Source of the DNA: a virus
Length of the DNA stretch: 45,075 nucleotides
Virus record (IMG/VR): IMGVR_UViG_3300045988_034500
Strand: one strand, 5' to 3'
A program made the translations under genes and the position numbers. The notes below the pieces were generated by a model. The model had not been told where the DNA came from and made no database searches. It saw only the letters and a program-made list of their open reading frames with translations. This document shows positions 8,031 to 16,720 of the stretch, piece after piece (position 1 is the first letter of the stretch; every line of letters begins with the position of its first letter).

Positions 8031-8065
8031 AAATTCCATAGGGGCGCTGCCCCTTGAATCCCCTA

Positions 8066-8095
8066 GCCCCTGCCAATCGGCGGGGGCTTTTTCTT
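8066..8095 (+). terminator. intrinsic terminator (GC-rich stem CCCCTGCC/GGCGGGGG followed by CTTTTTCTT)
   Basis: Read directly, 36 nt after the stop of 6474..8030. Confidence 0.55.
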
Positions 8096-8150
8096 GCTCC
8101 GGAGTTCCATAGAACCGATATCACAAAAGAATCAGGTGATAAAAAGAAAT

Positions 8151-8174
8151 TCGCTCGCTCGCTTCGCTCGCTCG
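8151..8174. repeat. (TCGC)n-like microsatellite with flanking GC-rich hairpins (8184-8200, 8208-8226, 8253-8269)
   Basis: TCGCTCGCTCGCTTCGCTCGCTCG read directly. Confidence 0.6.
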
Positions 8175-8531
8175 ATCTATAGTGGCACGCTTCGCGTGCC
8201 CCTCTTAAACTCGGGGGCGCTCCGCTCCCCCGAACCCCCTCGAAGGAAGGGGCATGCTGCCCCTCCCTCGCCCTCCCCTGCTCACGTTCCGTCGCTGTAC
8301 TGTACTCACAACGTTAAACTTATGAATAGGACAGAGGGGCTGTACTGCTAAACAGAGATCGTACCTAAGCTCGTCATGAATCCTCGACTTTCATCAGATT
8401 GATGATACAAGACATCTCCAATAAACTGTTGAAGAGCATTAGCTACGAAAGTCAAGGCTCCATGACTCTTATGAATCAAAGACCTACTAGCTTTGCAGAG
8501 CATGAGGAAACTCATGCGCTGCGGACTACGA

Positions 8532-8640
8532 CAGTGCCTAAAGATTCAGGAGTGTACTCATTCCAAAGCACTACACAGTGCCTAAAGAAAAAGGATAGTA
8601 CTACGCCGAGGCAAGGAGTGCCTAAAGTTAGAGGACTGTA
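8532..8640. repeat. three imperfect direct repeats (core CAGTGCCTAAAG plus about 17 nt) with a 40-44 bp period
   Basis: Copies start at 8532, 8576 and 8616. The period is not a multiple of 3, so this is a DNA-level signal and not a protein repeat. Confidence 0.6.
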
Positions 8641-8865
8641 GACACTCCGACGCTGATACTCGCCCTTCAGGCGAGTAAGGGGCCGTTCCACGCCCCTTTC
8701 AATCCCCTTGGCCTATCGCACGCGAGAGCTGTACTGCTTAACAGCGGTAAACTTACGCAAAGGGCTTGCCCTTCAAAAGGCAACGCCGTAACCAAGGCCA
8801 AGACTTAGGGTGTACTCTAAGGCGTAATCTTCATTTACAACATCTACCCTTACCAAGAGGACAAC

Positions 8866-9291
8866 ATGTACAAACTCACCGACAACATGTATGAACGCGT
8901 CAAGGCAACGTATGGTGAAGCCGTCGCCAACGGCATCAACGACGCCCTTCGAAACCCCGAAGGAATCGAAGACGAAGACAACGCCTTCGTAACCGTCAGC
9001 GTTCATCTCGACTGTAATGACAAGATTGCGTGTCTTGACTCAGCAATCTTCCTCCTTAAAAAGGAAGACGAGGTAACAGACCTCAAGCCTCCTCGAATGC
9101 TGGATTGGTACACCCCCAAGGATATCTTCATGGGCCACCTTGAAGAGAAGACTGTCGTCTTCTTACACAAGGATGGCAGCAGCTACCTCGGCAAGGTGGA
9201 CTGCGTTGACTATGAAAATGAGAGCATTCATCTTGAAAACGATGCGTGGTATTGGATGCCGAATATAACCAAGATCATGGTTCTCATGTGA
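8866..9291 (+). CDS. hypothetical early protein
   Basis: 141-aa ORF with an AGAGGA RBS. Confidence 0.5.
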   Translation: MYKLTDNMYERVKATYGEAVANGINDALRNPEGIEDEDNAFVTVSVHLDCNDKIACLDSAIFLLKKEDEVTDLKPPRMLDWYTPKDIFMGHLEEKTVVFLHKDGSSYLGKVDCVDYENESIHLENDAWYWMPNITKIMVLM

Positions 9292-9306
9292 GGAGAAGAA
9301 TTCATT

Positions 9307-9381
9307 CTGCAGGTAGCTCAACGGATAGAGCATAGGTCTTCTAAACCTACGATAGGGGTTCAATTCCCCTCCTGCGGTCCA
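9307..9381 (+). tRNA. tRNA-Arg (anticodon TCT), CCA encoded
   Basis: Folded by hand: 7-bp acceptor stem with one G-U pair; D-stem GCTC/GAGC with an 8-nt loop; anticodon stem TAGGT/ACCTA with loop CTTCTAA; 4-nt variable loop; T-stem AGGGG/CCCCT with loop TTCAATT; discriminator T then CCA. Confidence 0.8.
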
Positions 9382-9725
9382 GAGTTGGAAGTACAGTTTC
9401 AAGGGGGTACCCATGGGCTGTACTTGCAATGCGATGGTGGGATCCATCGCGTGGTCTTGCGCAAGACCCAAAGCAAAAGCCAGAGTAACTCAGCTGTAAG
9501 AAAACGAGTTGGTGAACACCACCTGAGCGCTTCGTGCAGAAACCCACGTTAATGGCCTCGTTGCTCCACGTATAGGCAGAGCTTGGAACTCTGAAACTCA
9601 CCACGCTGTGATGCCGCTCCATCACCCTTCATAAGATGAGGTAGAATCTTACGCGAGGTCATGCGTTAAACGACTAGGAAGGGATTCTAGATACCTTTCG
9701 GACTACACTCAGGCCAGAGCGTAGT

Positions 9726-9757
9726 CCTATGGATCAGTCCATAGGTCTACGTTTTGG
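9726..9757 (+). terminator. possible terminator (CCTATGGA/TCCATAGG stem, then TCTACGTTTT) closing the tRNA and non-coding region
   Basis: 8-bp perfect stem with a 4-nt loop. The T-run is offset by 5 nt. Confidence 0.3.
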
Positions 9758-9776
9758 TATAACCAAGGAGATTACC

Positions 9777-9995
9777 ATGAAACACCTCAAGGAGCAGTCG
9801 AAGACGCTCATTAAGGCAATTGTCCTGCTCCATGCGGACATCATAGAAGTTCCAGATAACGAATGGGACGAGATCTTCCAGAACATGGAAGAAACCTTCG
9901 CTGCACACACCAGTGACAAGCCCTGCAGGTTTGATATCAAGAACCCCAAAGGACTAGCATACGGCGTGTACATTGATTCCAACATGTTTGAGTAA
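9777..9995 (+). CDS. hypothetical early protein (72 aa)
   Basis: AAGGAG RBS. The 18-nt start context CAAGGAGATTACCATGAAA is identical to that of the next gene. Confidence 0.45.
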   Translation: MKHLKEQSKTLIKAIVLLHADIIEVPDNEWDEIFQNMEETFAAHTSDKPCRFDIKNPKGLAYGVYIDSNMFE

Positions 9996-10009
9996 TCAAG
10001 GAGATTACC

Positions 10010-10498
10010 ATGAAATACAAACTCACCGCAACTGCTCAAAAGTGCTTGGTGGCAATGGCACCCAAGATGCCTCCCCGATGGACTGATGAAGGTCATGCCC
10101 TGTGGGAAAAGACCTTTAGACACATCGAGAAGGCCTACCAAGATGCAAAGGAGCATGGTACTACGCCGAGATACGTCTTCCCGAAGGGCACCATCAGTGA
10201 AACCATGGATGTGGGGATCTATCTTCTCGACGACATGTTCGTAGAAGCCCTCGTCCCTGTCAAGGGACAGTGGTATCCCATGTCCGAACGCCAAAGGCTG
10301 TACCTTGAACCCGATGACATCGTGTGGTACAACGTGTGGTACGCAGAGCCTGACAAGGGCTACTACGTATCCAAGTATCCGTCAGGTGGAAACAAACGAA
10401 CTACGCACTTCTGCGTGGTGAATGCTCTTAAAGAACCCGAAGCAACCAAGGAAGAGGAGAATCATGAATCTCCAGAACATGACAATCATACGTCCTGA
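10010..10498 (+). CDS. hypothetical early protein
   Basis: 162-aa ORF with an AAGGAG RBS. Confidence 0.5.
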   Translation: MKYKLTATAQKCLVAMAPKMPPRWTDEGHALWEKTFRHIEKAYQDAKEHGTTPRYVFPKGTISETMDVGIYLLDDMFVEALVPVKGQWYPMSERQRLYLEPDDIVWYNVWYAEPDKGYYVSKYPSGGNKRTTHFCVVNALKEPEATKEEENHESPEHDNHTS

Positions 10499-10778
10499 TT
10501 GGGGTACTCAAGCCTTCTGCTTGTTGTACGACGGGAAATACATCCTCGTGTCGTACGACACTGCAATCTGCTGTGTACACGACGATGGTAAAGCCATCAT
10601 CGTTGAGTTCAACCCATGTTATAGGCAGAGCGTAACCACGAGCAGACACTTCAGGTGGTTTATGAGAACCATCCCGTTCTATATGAAGAACAAAATGCAA
10701 GAATTCCCCAAGCGCAAGATGCATAGCACAAGGGAATTCATGGACTACTTTGGTACAAGGACTGAGATCCCCGTATGA
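10464..10778 (+). CDS. hypothetical early protein
   Basis: ATG at 10464 preceded by GGAAGAGGAG. The track ORF starts at 10422 with a non-ATG codon. Confidence 0.45.
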   Translation: MNLQNMTIIRPDWGTQAFCLLYDGKYILVSYDTAICCVHDDGKAIIVEFNPCYRQSVTTSRHFRWFMRTIPFYMKNKMQEFPKRKMHSTREFMDYFGTRTEIPV

Positions 10779-11197
10779 AGAAACACGGACCTCATGAAAT
10801 TGAAATTACTTGGTTGGGCGGATACACCTTGGGCAGTATCCAAGGTGAAGCCCATTCCAAGTACGGTGATGTGTATATTGACATCACCAAGCGTGGAGCC
10901 AGTACATGGGTACTCGACATCTACAAAGATGAATACGAACTCATTGCGACATGGTATATTAATAACCAAGAACTAAGGAGCATGCTTATGTATGTTCAGG
11001 TAAACAATCACTCTGAAGACGAAACCGTAATGTTCGGTGAAGTCTACAGCATCGGAGACAATCAGAAGATCTGTGCGTTCAAGTGGACGCTCAGTGACGG
11101 CGTGGTGTGGACGGATCCCGCAGGTCTGTGGGGTACCAGCATCGTGGATTTCATTGACGAAGAATGCACGGGGATGTACTATGAATCGCTGCCCTAA
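10775..11197 (+). CDS. hypothetical protein
   Basis: 140-aa ORF. ATGA overlap with the upstream stop. Confidence 0.45.
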   Translation: MKKHGPHEIEITWLGGYTLGSIQGEAHSKYGDVYIDITKRGASTWVLDIYKDEYELIATWYINNQELRSMLMYVQVNNHSEDETVMFGEVYSIGDNQKICAFKWTLSDGVVWTDPAGLWGTSIVDFIDEECTGMYYESLP

Positions 11198-11714
11198 GAA
11201 CAAACGTGTAAATAAAAACAAGCGTAACCAAGACAAGGAGATTCAAGGCTACGTCTTCGGACAGAAGCGCGATTGGAAGAAGCTCCAGAGAGGCAAGCCT
11301 CGCTATGGCTGTACTGCCACTCTGCAGTTGGTAAGCGCCTTTGTCTTTGGCGATCCCTACTACTTTACCAAGACCCCCTCTTCGATTATGTGGGAGAACC
11401 TTCAGCATGAAGTAATCATTGGGACCATCGACAAGAAGAATGGACTCCATGTGAGTTCCTCTATTCATGCGGCATGTGCTCCCGTTGAGTACAACGCATA
11501 CAAGGTGTTGGTTGAGATTTGTAGTACGCAGATCATCAACAATGATGGGACCAAGGAGTACATGACTACTCGTGTTACTGCCGATGACGATCAGAACGAT
11601 CTCCTCATGGCGCCCATGAGTTTTGTGTACAGAATCTGTGACAATTTGGTAAAAGCAAGAGCTAAAGGATGGAGACCGAAGAGTGGCTACAAGAAGCACA
11701 GAGACTTCCTGTAG
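11181..11714 (+). CDS. hypothetical protein with a basic N-terminus
   Basis: Internal ATG (MNRCPKNKR...) of track ORF 11037..11714. The upstream part of that ORF overlaps the previous gene. Confidence 0.4.
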   Translation: MNRCPKNKRVNKNKRNQDKEIQGYVFGQKRDWKKLQRGKPRYGCTATLQLVSAFVFGDPYYFTKTPSSIMWENLQHEVIIGTIDKKNGLHVSSSIHAACAPVEYNAYKVLVEICSTQIINNDGTKEYMTTRVTADDDQNDLLMAPMSFVYRICDNLVKARAKGWRPKSGYKKHRDFL

Positions 11715-12454
11715 GTAGTTCTAAACGGATCTATCATGGTGCAGAGAGGCGCCCTAATCTCGTAGTAAGGAACCTACCAGATAAGTGGACAGCCTACTGC
11801 TTTGCGTGTAAGGAGTACGCAGAGGTACATAAGTCCTACGTTAGGATCGAAGAGGAGCAGTCAATCATTAACCAAGATCAGGTTAACACGACAGGACTAT
11901 ACAGCCTGACTGATCCTCGTGTACCTCTGCATCGCATTGTTTATTTCCTTCACACCAAGCACATGAGTCTATCGCTAATACAACCTTACAACCCTAGATG
12001 GGATGCAAGGCGAAAACGATTAACCATAGACCTGCCAGATGGCAGACTTGGTCGAGACATTTATGGAACCAATCCTGCCAAGTGGTACGTGTATTGGAAC
12101 TCTGTGCAGTACGGATCCGCATTCGGAACCAATGAGCTAACAGCACAGAACATAATCCTCACAGAGGACATGTTCAGTGCAATCAAGGCTCAGAGATTCC
12201 TGCCCGATACGCAGTGCATAGCGCTCCTAGGAACAGCCCTTACAAGGGGCTTAGAACAGGCTCTATTGCATTGCAAGCCTCGGATGGTACATCTTATGCT
12301 AGACGGGGATGAGACGGGCTACAAAGGCTCCTATAACGTCCTACGGCGTCTTAAACTCCTAGGGATTCCCTGCATCATGCAGAACCCTGAGAGGGGAGAC
12401 CCAAAGGATCAAAACAGAGCATGGTTTAAAACTAAATTCAAGGAGGCTACATGA
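11669..12454 (+). CDS. DNA primase (TOPRIM type), a separate gene from the helicase
   Basis: N-terminal C-x2-C (YCFACKEY), a TOPRIM acidic glutamate (ILTEDMF) and a DxD motif (LMLDGDETG). Confidence 0.6.
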   Translation: METEEWLQEAQRLPVGSSKRIYHGAERRPNLVVRNLPDKWTAYCFACKEYAEVHKSYVRIEEEQSIINQDQVNTTGLYSLTDPRVPLHRIVYFLHTKHMSLSLIQPYNPRWDARRKRLTIDLPDGRLGRDIYGTNPAKWYVYWNSVQYGSAFGTNELTAQNIILTEDMFSAIKAQRFLPDTQCIALLGTALTRGLEQALLHCKPRMVHLMLDGDETGYKGSYNVLRRLKLLGIPCIMQNPERGDPKDQNRAWFKTKFKEAT

Positions 12455-13716
12455 TTGACATTGTGCTTCTTAAGGCACTGTCAAGCAAGAAGCATTTCAC
12501 AGCAACGTACAAGAACCTACCGCAAGAGATGTTGGATCCTGTAACCAACAGGATCCTGTATCTCTATGGCTTGTACTTCGTAACTTATCCTGATCATGAA
12601 GAGATCAATCATGAAGCGTTGATCTCCTACATTGATTTTAAGGTAAGAGACGCAACCAAGCGTGAAGAGATTCATGCTGTGCTAAACACAGTACAGAAGA
12701 CTGAGATTCCTCCAGAGGTTCTAGAGAACACTCAGAACCAGATTGAAGAACTCGCATTCAGTGGTAAGCTCGGTGCAATGCTGACGAAGTACAACGCAGG
12801 TGAGGACATTGATCTCACCTATGAGGTGTCTGTACTTGCAACCCAAACAAGAGAAAGGATGTCTGTGCTTGGCTCCAAAAAGTGGGCTGACGAAGACATT
12901 CTGAAATACCTAGAGGAAGATGCTGATGACAGTGGACTTCAATTCACGACTTTCGATATTCTTCACGATAATCTTAAAGGCTTACATAGCGGGCACAACG
13001 TGGCTGTGGTTGCACCTACTGACAAGGGGAAGACCTCTCTACTCTGTAGACTGGCAGTTGACTTTGCAATTCAAGCCAAAGACCTCGAAGAATACAAAGA
13101 CTCCTGCATTCTGTACCTTGTCAACGAGGGGCTAGCTGAGACTATCACGCCAAGAATTTACTGCACGGCGTGTAACTGCACGAGAGACACAGCCCTTGCT
13201 ATGGCTAGGGAAGGCAAGCTCGTACCTGCCTATGAAAAGATCGTAGGCAAGAGAGATGCTATTCGACTTGTGAACATTCATGGTATGAATGTATCTCAAG
13301 TAGCCAAGATCATTGAAGCTCATAAACCGTACATGGTGATTACCGACATGACGGGTAGAATTCGTGCTAATGGTAACTCCAAGGGCATGAACGAACTCCA
13401 AGAACTTGAAGAAGTATGGAATAACATGAGAGAACTCAGTGCCATGCTTAAGTTCATTCATATCGGTACTATCCAAGTTAGTGCGGAAGGTATGGACAAT
13501 CTGTATCCGCCGCTCACAGCAATGCAATGGAGTAAAGTAGGCATTCAGACTACGCTCGACCTCTGTATCATGGTAGGGGCTTTACAGAACCCTGAAGCAG
13601 GTATGGAGGACATCCGAGGGATTAGCACACCTAAGAACAAGCTCAGTCGATCAGGTAAACGCGCAGAGAACAAGTTCGAAGTAGTGTTCAATCCAGAACT
13701 TAATCAATGGAGATAG
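12451..13716 (+). CDS. DnaB-like replicative helicase
   Basis: Walker A motif VAVVAPTDKGKTSLL. AAGGAGG RBS. Size and position are typical of the T7 gp4 helicase half. Confidence 0.75.
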   Translation: MIDIVLLKALSSKKHFTATYKNLPQEMLDPVTNRILYLYGLYFVTYPDHEEINHEALISYIDFKVRDATKREEIHAVLNTVQKTEIPPEVLENTQNQIEELAFSGKLGAMLTKYNAGEDIDLTYEVSVLATQTRERMSVLGSKKWADEDILKYLEEDADDSGLQFTTFDILHDNLKGLHSGHNVAVVAPTDKGKTSLLCRLAVDFAIQAKDLEEYKDSCILYLVNEGLAETITPRIYCTACNCTRDTALAMAREGKLVPAYEKIVGKRDAIRLVNIHGMNVSQVAKIIEAHKPYMVITDMTGRIRANGNSKGMNELQELEEVWNNMRELSAMLKFIHIGTIQVSAEGMDNLYPPLTAMQWSKVGIQTTLDLCIMVGALQNPEAGMEDIRGISTPKNKLSRSGKRAENKFEVVFNPELNQWR

Positions 13717-13717
13717 T

Positions 13718-16021
13718 ATGATTCCAATCCCGCGATATACAATTGTTGACCTAGAAACAGAGAACCATGAATACTATGGCATGGTAGCTCCTCCTTTCTG
13801 TCCCGAAAACTACATTGTTGAAGCGGGATGGAAGAACAACCAAGGCCCTGTAGAATCCATGCGATTCACTAATCGTGAAGAGCAGAAGAACTCTGCATGG
13901 TTTGACTACGCTTTCGATAACGGAAAGCCTGATTCGTACTGCGAAGTCATGGTTGCTCATAATGCAACCTATGAATTGCATTGGTTCATGCACGACTACA
14001 TGCCTAGCCTTATGCGATTCCTTCAGAATGGTGGTAAGATTTGGTGTACTCAATACGCCGAATATCTGCTTAGCCAACAGCAGGACTTGTATCCTGACTT
14101 GAATACCACGGCACCTAAGTACGGTGGTACACCTAAAGTTGATGAAGTCAAGATTCTATGGGAACAAGGCGTTCTCACCTCAGAGATCGACCCTGATCTT
14201 CTGCATGAATATCTGTGTTCTGACCATGGTGACGTAATCAACACTGAGAAGATCTTCCTTGGACAATGGGAAGAAGCTCAGAAGCGTGGTATGCTCAAAA
14301 TGATCCAGTACAGAATGGATGCGCTTCTGTTCAACGCATTCTGTACATTCTTCGGTATGCACATCGACATGGATGTTGCTGAGAAGAATCTCAAGGAACA
14401 AGAGAATCGGCTGCAAGAACTTCACAATAAGGTCAATGCTCATCTTCCAAAGGATCTACCCTTTGAATTCAAGTTCTCTTCAGACTACCACATGAGTGCT
14501 TGGTTGTTCGGTGGAACACTCAAGTACAAAACCAAAGTGCCCTACGACCCGCCTAAATACGTCAAGAAGACGGTGTACAAGGACTCTGAGGGTGGATACA
14601 CTGAAGAGCCTACAGAACGCTCTGTACGCTACGCTAGTGGCAAGAACAAGGGGCTTCCCAAGCCGTTCAAGATCGACACGGATGAAGAACTTCTGAAATG
14701 GGGTGAGAAGCTGTACACATTCGAAGGGCTAATGAACCTGAAAGATCTACCCCAAGAAATTTCTGATAAATTCATTGGTGAACGTCCTGAATTCGCAGGT
14801 AAGCGATTCCAAGTAGACGGTACGCCAGTCTTTAGCACTTCTGCGGATGCACTTGCAACCATAAAACGGTATTGCGACGTGGTCGATGAACTGCTAGAGA
14901 TTGCTCAGTTGGAGAAAGACAATGGAACGTACTATCGGCGGTACGAATACGACTCTGAAGGGAACGTTAAGAAGGTTTCTGGAATGCTACAATATGTTAT
15001 TCCAGAATCATCCATCATTCACCATCAGCTTAATGCGTGCGCTTCTAGAACAGGCAGACTCTCAAGTTCAAGACCAAACCTCCAGAACCTACCTAGAGAT
15101 GGTACGAGCAGAGTTAAAGAGATGTTCTCAAGTCGATTTGGAGACCATGGAAGATGTGTTGAAGTCGACTATTCCGCCCTTGAAGTCGTAACACTAGCTG
15201 CTGCTAGTAATGACAAAAACTTGATTGAACAGCTTGAGAAAGGCACAGACATGCACTGCTATAGACTAGCAGGCGCATTGAATGAACCTTATGAAGAGGT
15301 GTACAAGAAGTGTCATGAGGAGGATCATCCTGACCACAAGAAGTACAAAGAACTCAGAACGGCAATCAAACCAAGAGCCTTCGCTGCTCAGTACGGAGCC
15401 TCTGCAGGGGGTATCTCCTTTGCAACAGGCTGTACGCTACAAGAAGCAGAGAAGTTCCTCGAAACTGAAGCTAAGCTCTTCCCTGAGAGTAGAGCATTTA
15501 AGGACAAGGTTCGTGCAATGGTTGAGCAGACAGGTTTGTTACCTGAAGCCATTGAGCGAGAACTTGATCCTGCGACAAATTCATGGTATGTATACCGAAG
15601 GGGATACTACAAAGCGCCTGGAGGCACAGAATACTCCTTCAGGCAAAGAAAACAATGGAAAGACCACAAAGAAGTTCTAGACTATAAGGACACTGAGATC
15701 AGCAACTATCCTATCCAAGGCGAAGGTGCGTTCATCGTTCAGACAGCCTGTGCTAGGATCATTAGATGGTTGATCGAGGCGAACTTCTTTGATGGATCTA
15801 TCCTACCGATTAACACTGTTCATGACGCCGTGTACCTTGACTGCAAGACTGAAGACCTCGCTAGACGAGGAGGTAAGGCAGTAGCATGGATCATGGGCAC
15901 TACACCTAAATACATTGCAAAGAACATCCCAGCGTACAAGGCATGGATGTACGACAAAGTACCTTTCCCTGCTGTACCTGAAATGGGATACAACCTCTTT
16001 GACAAGGCCCACGTAGAATAA
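13718..16021 (+). CDS. family A DNA polymerase (T7 gp5-like) with a 3'-5' exonuclease domain
   Basis: Exo I motif IVDLETE; motif B RTAIKPRAFAAQYGAS; motif C NTVHDAVYLD. Confidence 0.85.
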   Translation: MIPIPRYTIVDLETENHEYYGMVAPPFCPENYIVEAGWKNNQGPVESMRFTNREEQKNSAWFDYAFDNGKPDSYCEVMVAHNATYELHWFMHDYMPSLMRFLQNGGKIWCTQYAEYLLSQQQDLYPDLNTTAPKYGGTPKVDEVKILWEQGVLTSEIDPDLLHEYLCSDHGDVINTEKIFLGQWEEAQKRGMLKMIQYRMDALLFNAFCTFFGMHIDMDVAEKNLKEQENRLQELHNKVNAHLPKDLPFEFKFSSDYHMSAWLFGGTLKYKTKVPYDPPKYVKKTVYKDSEGGYTEEPTERSVRYASGKNKGLPKPFKIDTDEELLKWGEKLYTFEGLMNLKDLPQEISDKFIGERPEFAGKRFQVDGTPVFSTSADALATIKRYCDVVDELLEIAQLEKDNGTYYRRYEYDSEGNVKKVSGMLQYVIPESSIIHHQLNACASRTGRLSSSRPNLQNLPRDGTSRVKEMFSSRFGDHGRCVEVDYSALEVVTLAAASNDKNLIEQLEKGTDMHCYRLAGALNEPYEEVYKKCHEEDHPDHKKYKELRTAIKPRAFAAQYGASAGGISFATGCTLQEAEKFLETEAKLFPESRAFKDKVRAMVEQTGLLPEAIERELDPATNSWYVYRRGYYKAPGGTEYSFRQRKQWKDHKEVLDYKDTEISNYPIQGEGAFIVQTACARIIRWLIEANFFDGSILPINTVHDAVYLDCKTEDLARRGGKAVAWIMGTTPKYIAKNIPAYKAWMYDKVPFPAVPEMGYNLFDKAHVE

Positions 16022-16030
16022 GGACTAACT

Positions 16031-16720
16031 ATGCTTTCCGCTATTAAGAACATTGCAAACGAAACCACGACTGACCTCGACATGAGTACCGCCTCCAAGG
16101 GCGGTGAGAAGTACCTGCTTCCTGTTGGTACTGCCCTCGGTCGACTTGTTGAGTACATTGAATTCGGCAAACAGCCACAGGAATTCAAGGGCGAGAAGAA
16201 GGATCCCGCCATGGAGATCCAGATTGGCTTTGCCCTGTATGGTGAAGGCTATCAGAAGGAAGACGGCTCTCCGCGTATGATTAGTACGTACCGCATGAAG
16301 CTCTCGAACAACGAGAAGAGCAAGTCTTTCAAGCTCTTTAGCCGAATGAACGCCAAGAAGACTGCCAAGAACTTCGCACAGCTCCTTGGCGAACCGTTCC
16401 TTGTGCCGATCATTCATAGCACGAATGGCAAGGGCACGTATGCTCGTATCGACCTTGACAACATTGGCTATGCCATTGATCCGATTCGTCGTACTGAGTA
16501 TCCTGTGCCTATGCCTAACGAAGATGTCTATCGTGTCTTCCTGTGGAACCATCCGACGAAGGAGATGTGGGATTCGATCTACATTGAGAAGAACAACTTC
16601 CTTCAGGAGACGTGCCTCTCTGCTACTGACTACCCGAACAGCAAGCTCGAACAGCTTCTGAAGGGTTCTGTCCCTTCTCTTGAAGCCACTCCTGAGAACT
16701 TCGACGAAGTGCCGTTCTAA
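16031..16720 (+). CDS. hypothetical protein, possibly a ssDNA-binding protein (acidic C-terminal tail ending in Phe)
   Basis: 229 aa, similar in size to T7 gp2.5. C-terminus ...ENFDEVPF resembles the acidic Phe-terminated tail of gp2.5. No further sequence support. Confidence 0.25.
   Translation: MLSAIKNIANETTTDLDMSTASKGGEKYLLPVGTALGRLVEYIEFGKQPQEFKGEKKDPAMEIQIGFALYGEGYQKEDGSPRMISTYRMKLSNNEKSKSFKLFSRMNAKKTAKNFAQLLGEPFLVPIIHSTNGKGTYARIDLDNIGYAIDPIRRTEYPVPMPNEDVYRVFLWNHPTKEMWDSIYIEKNNFLQETCLSATDYPNSKLEQLLKGSVPSLEATPENFDEVPF

Noticed and set aside
6459-8039. Long minus-strand ORFs (6459..6986, 7389..8039) antisense to the mini-RNAP gene
   Set aside because: Typical spurious open frames in GC-rich DNA. 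They have no RBS, and the sense-strand product has clear family motifs.
8532-8640. CRISPR array
   Set aside because: There are only three short (about 12-29 bp) imperfect repeats and no cas genes. Spacing and repeat length are not CRISPR-like.
8094-8641. Track ORFs 8094..8351 and 8399..8641 as protein-coding genes
   Set aside because: They run through microsatellite, hairpin and non-triplet-period repeat sequence, have no RBS, and have odd composition. They are more likely non-coding.
9382-9470. A second tRNA directly after tRNA-Arg
   Set aside because: The stems found (GTACAG/CTGTAC, GCGATGG/CCATCGC, GGTCTTG/CAAGACC) do not assemble into a cloverleaf. They are retained only as hairpins.
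9163-9625. Minus-strand ORFs 9163..9471 and 9347..9625
   Set aside because: They overlap the tRNA-Arg gene and the hairpin region and are antisense to everything else. They are spurious.
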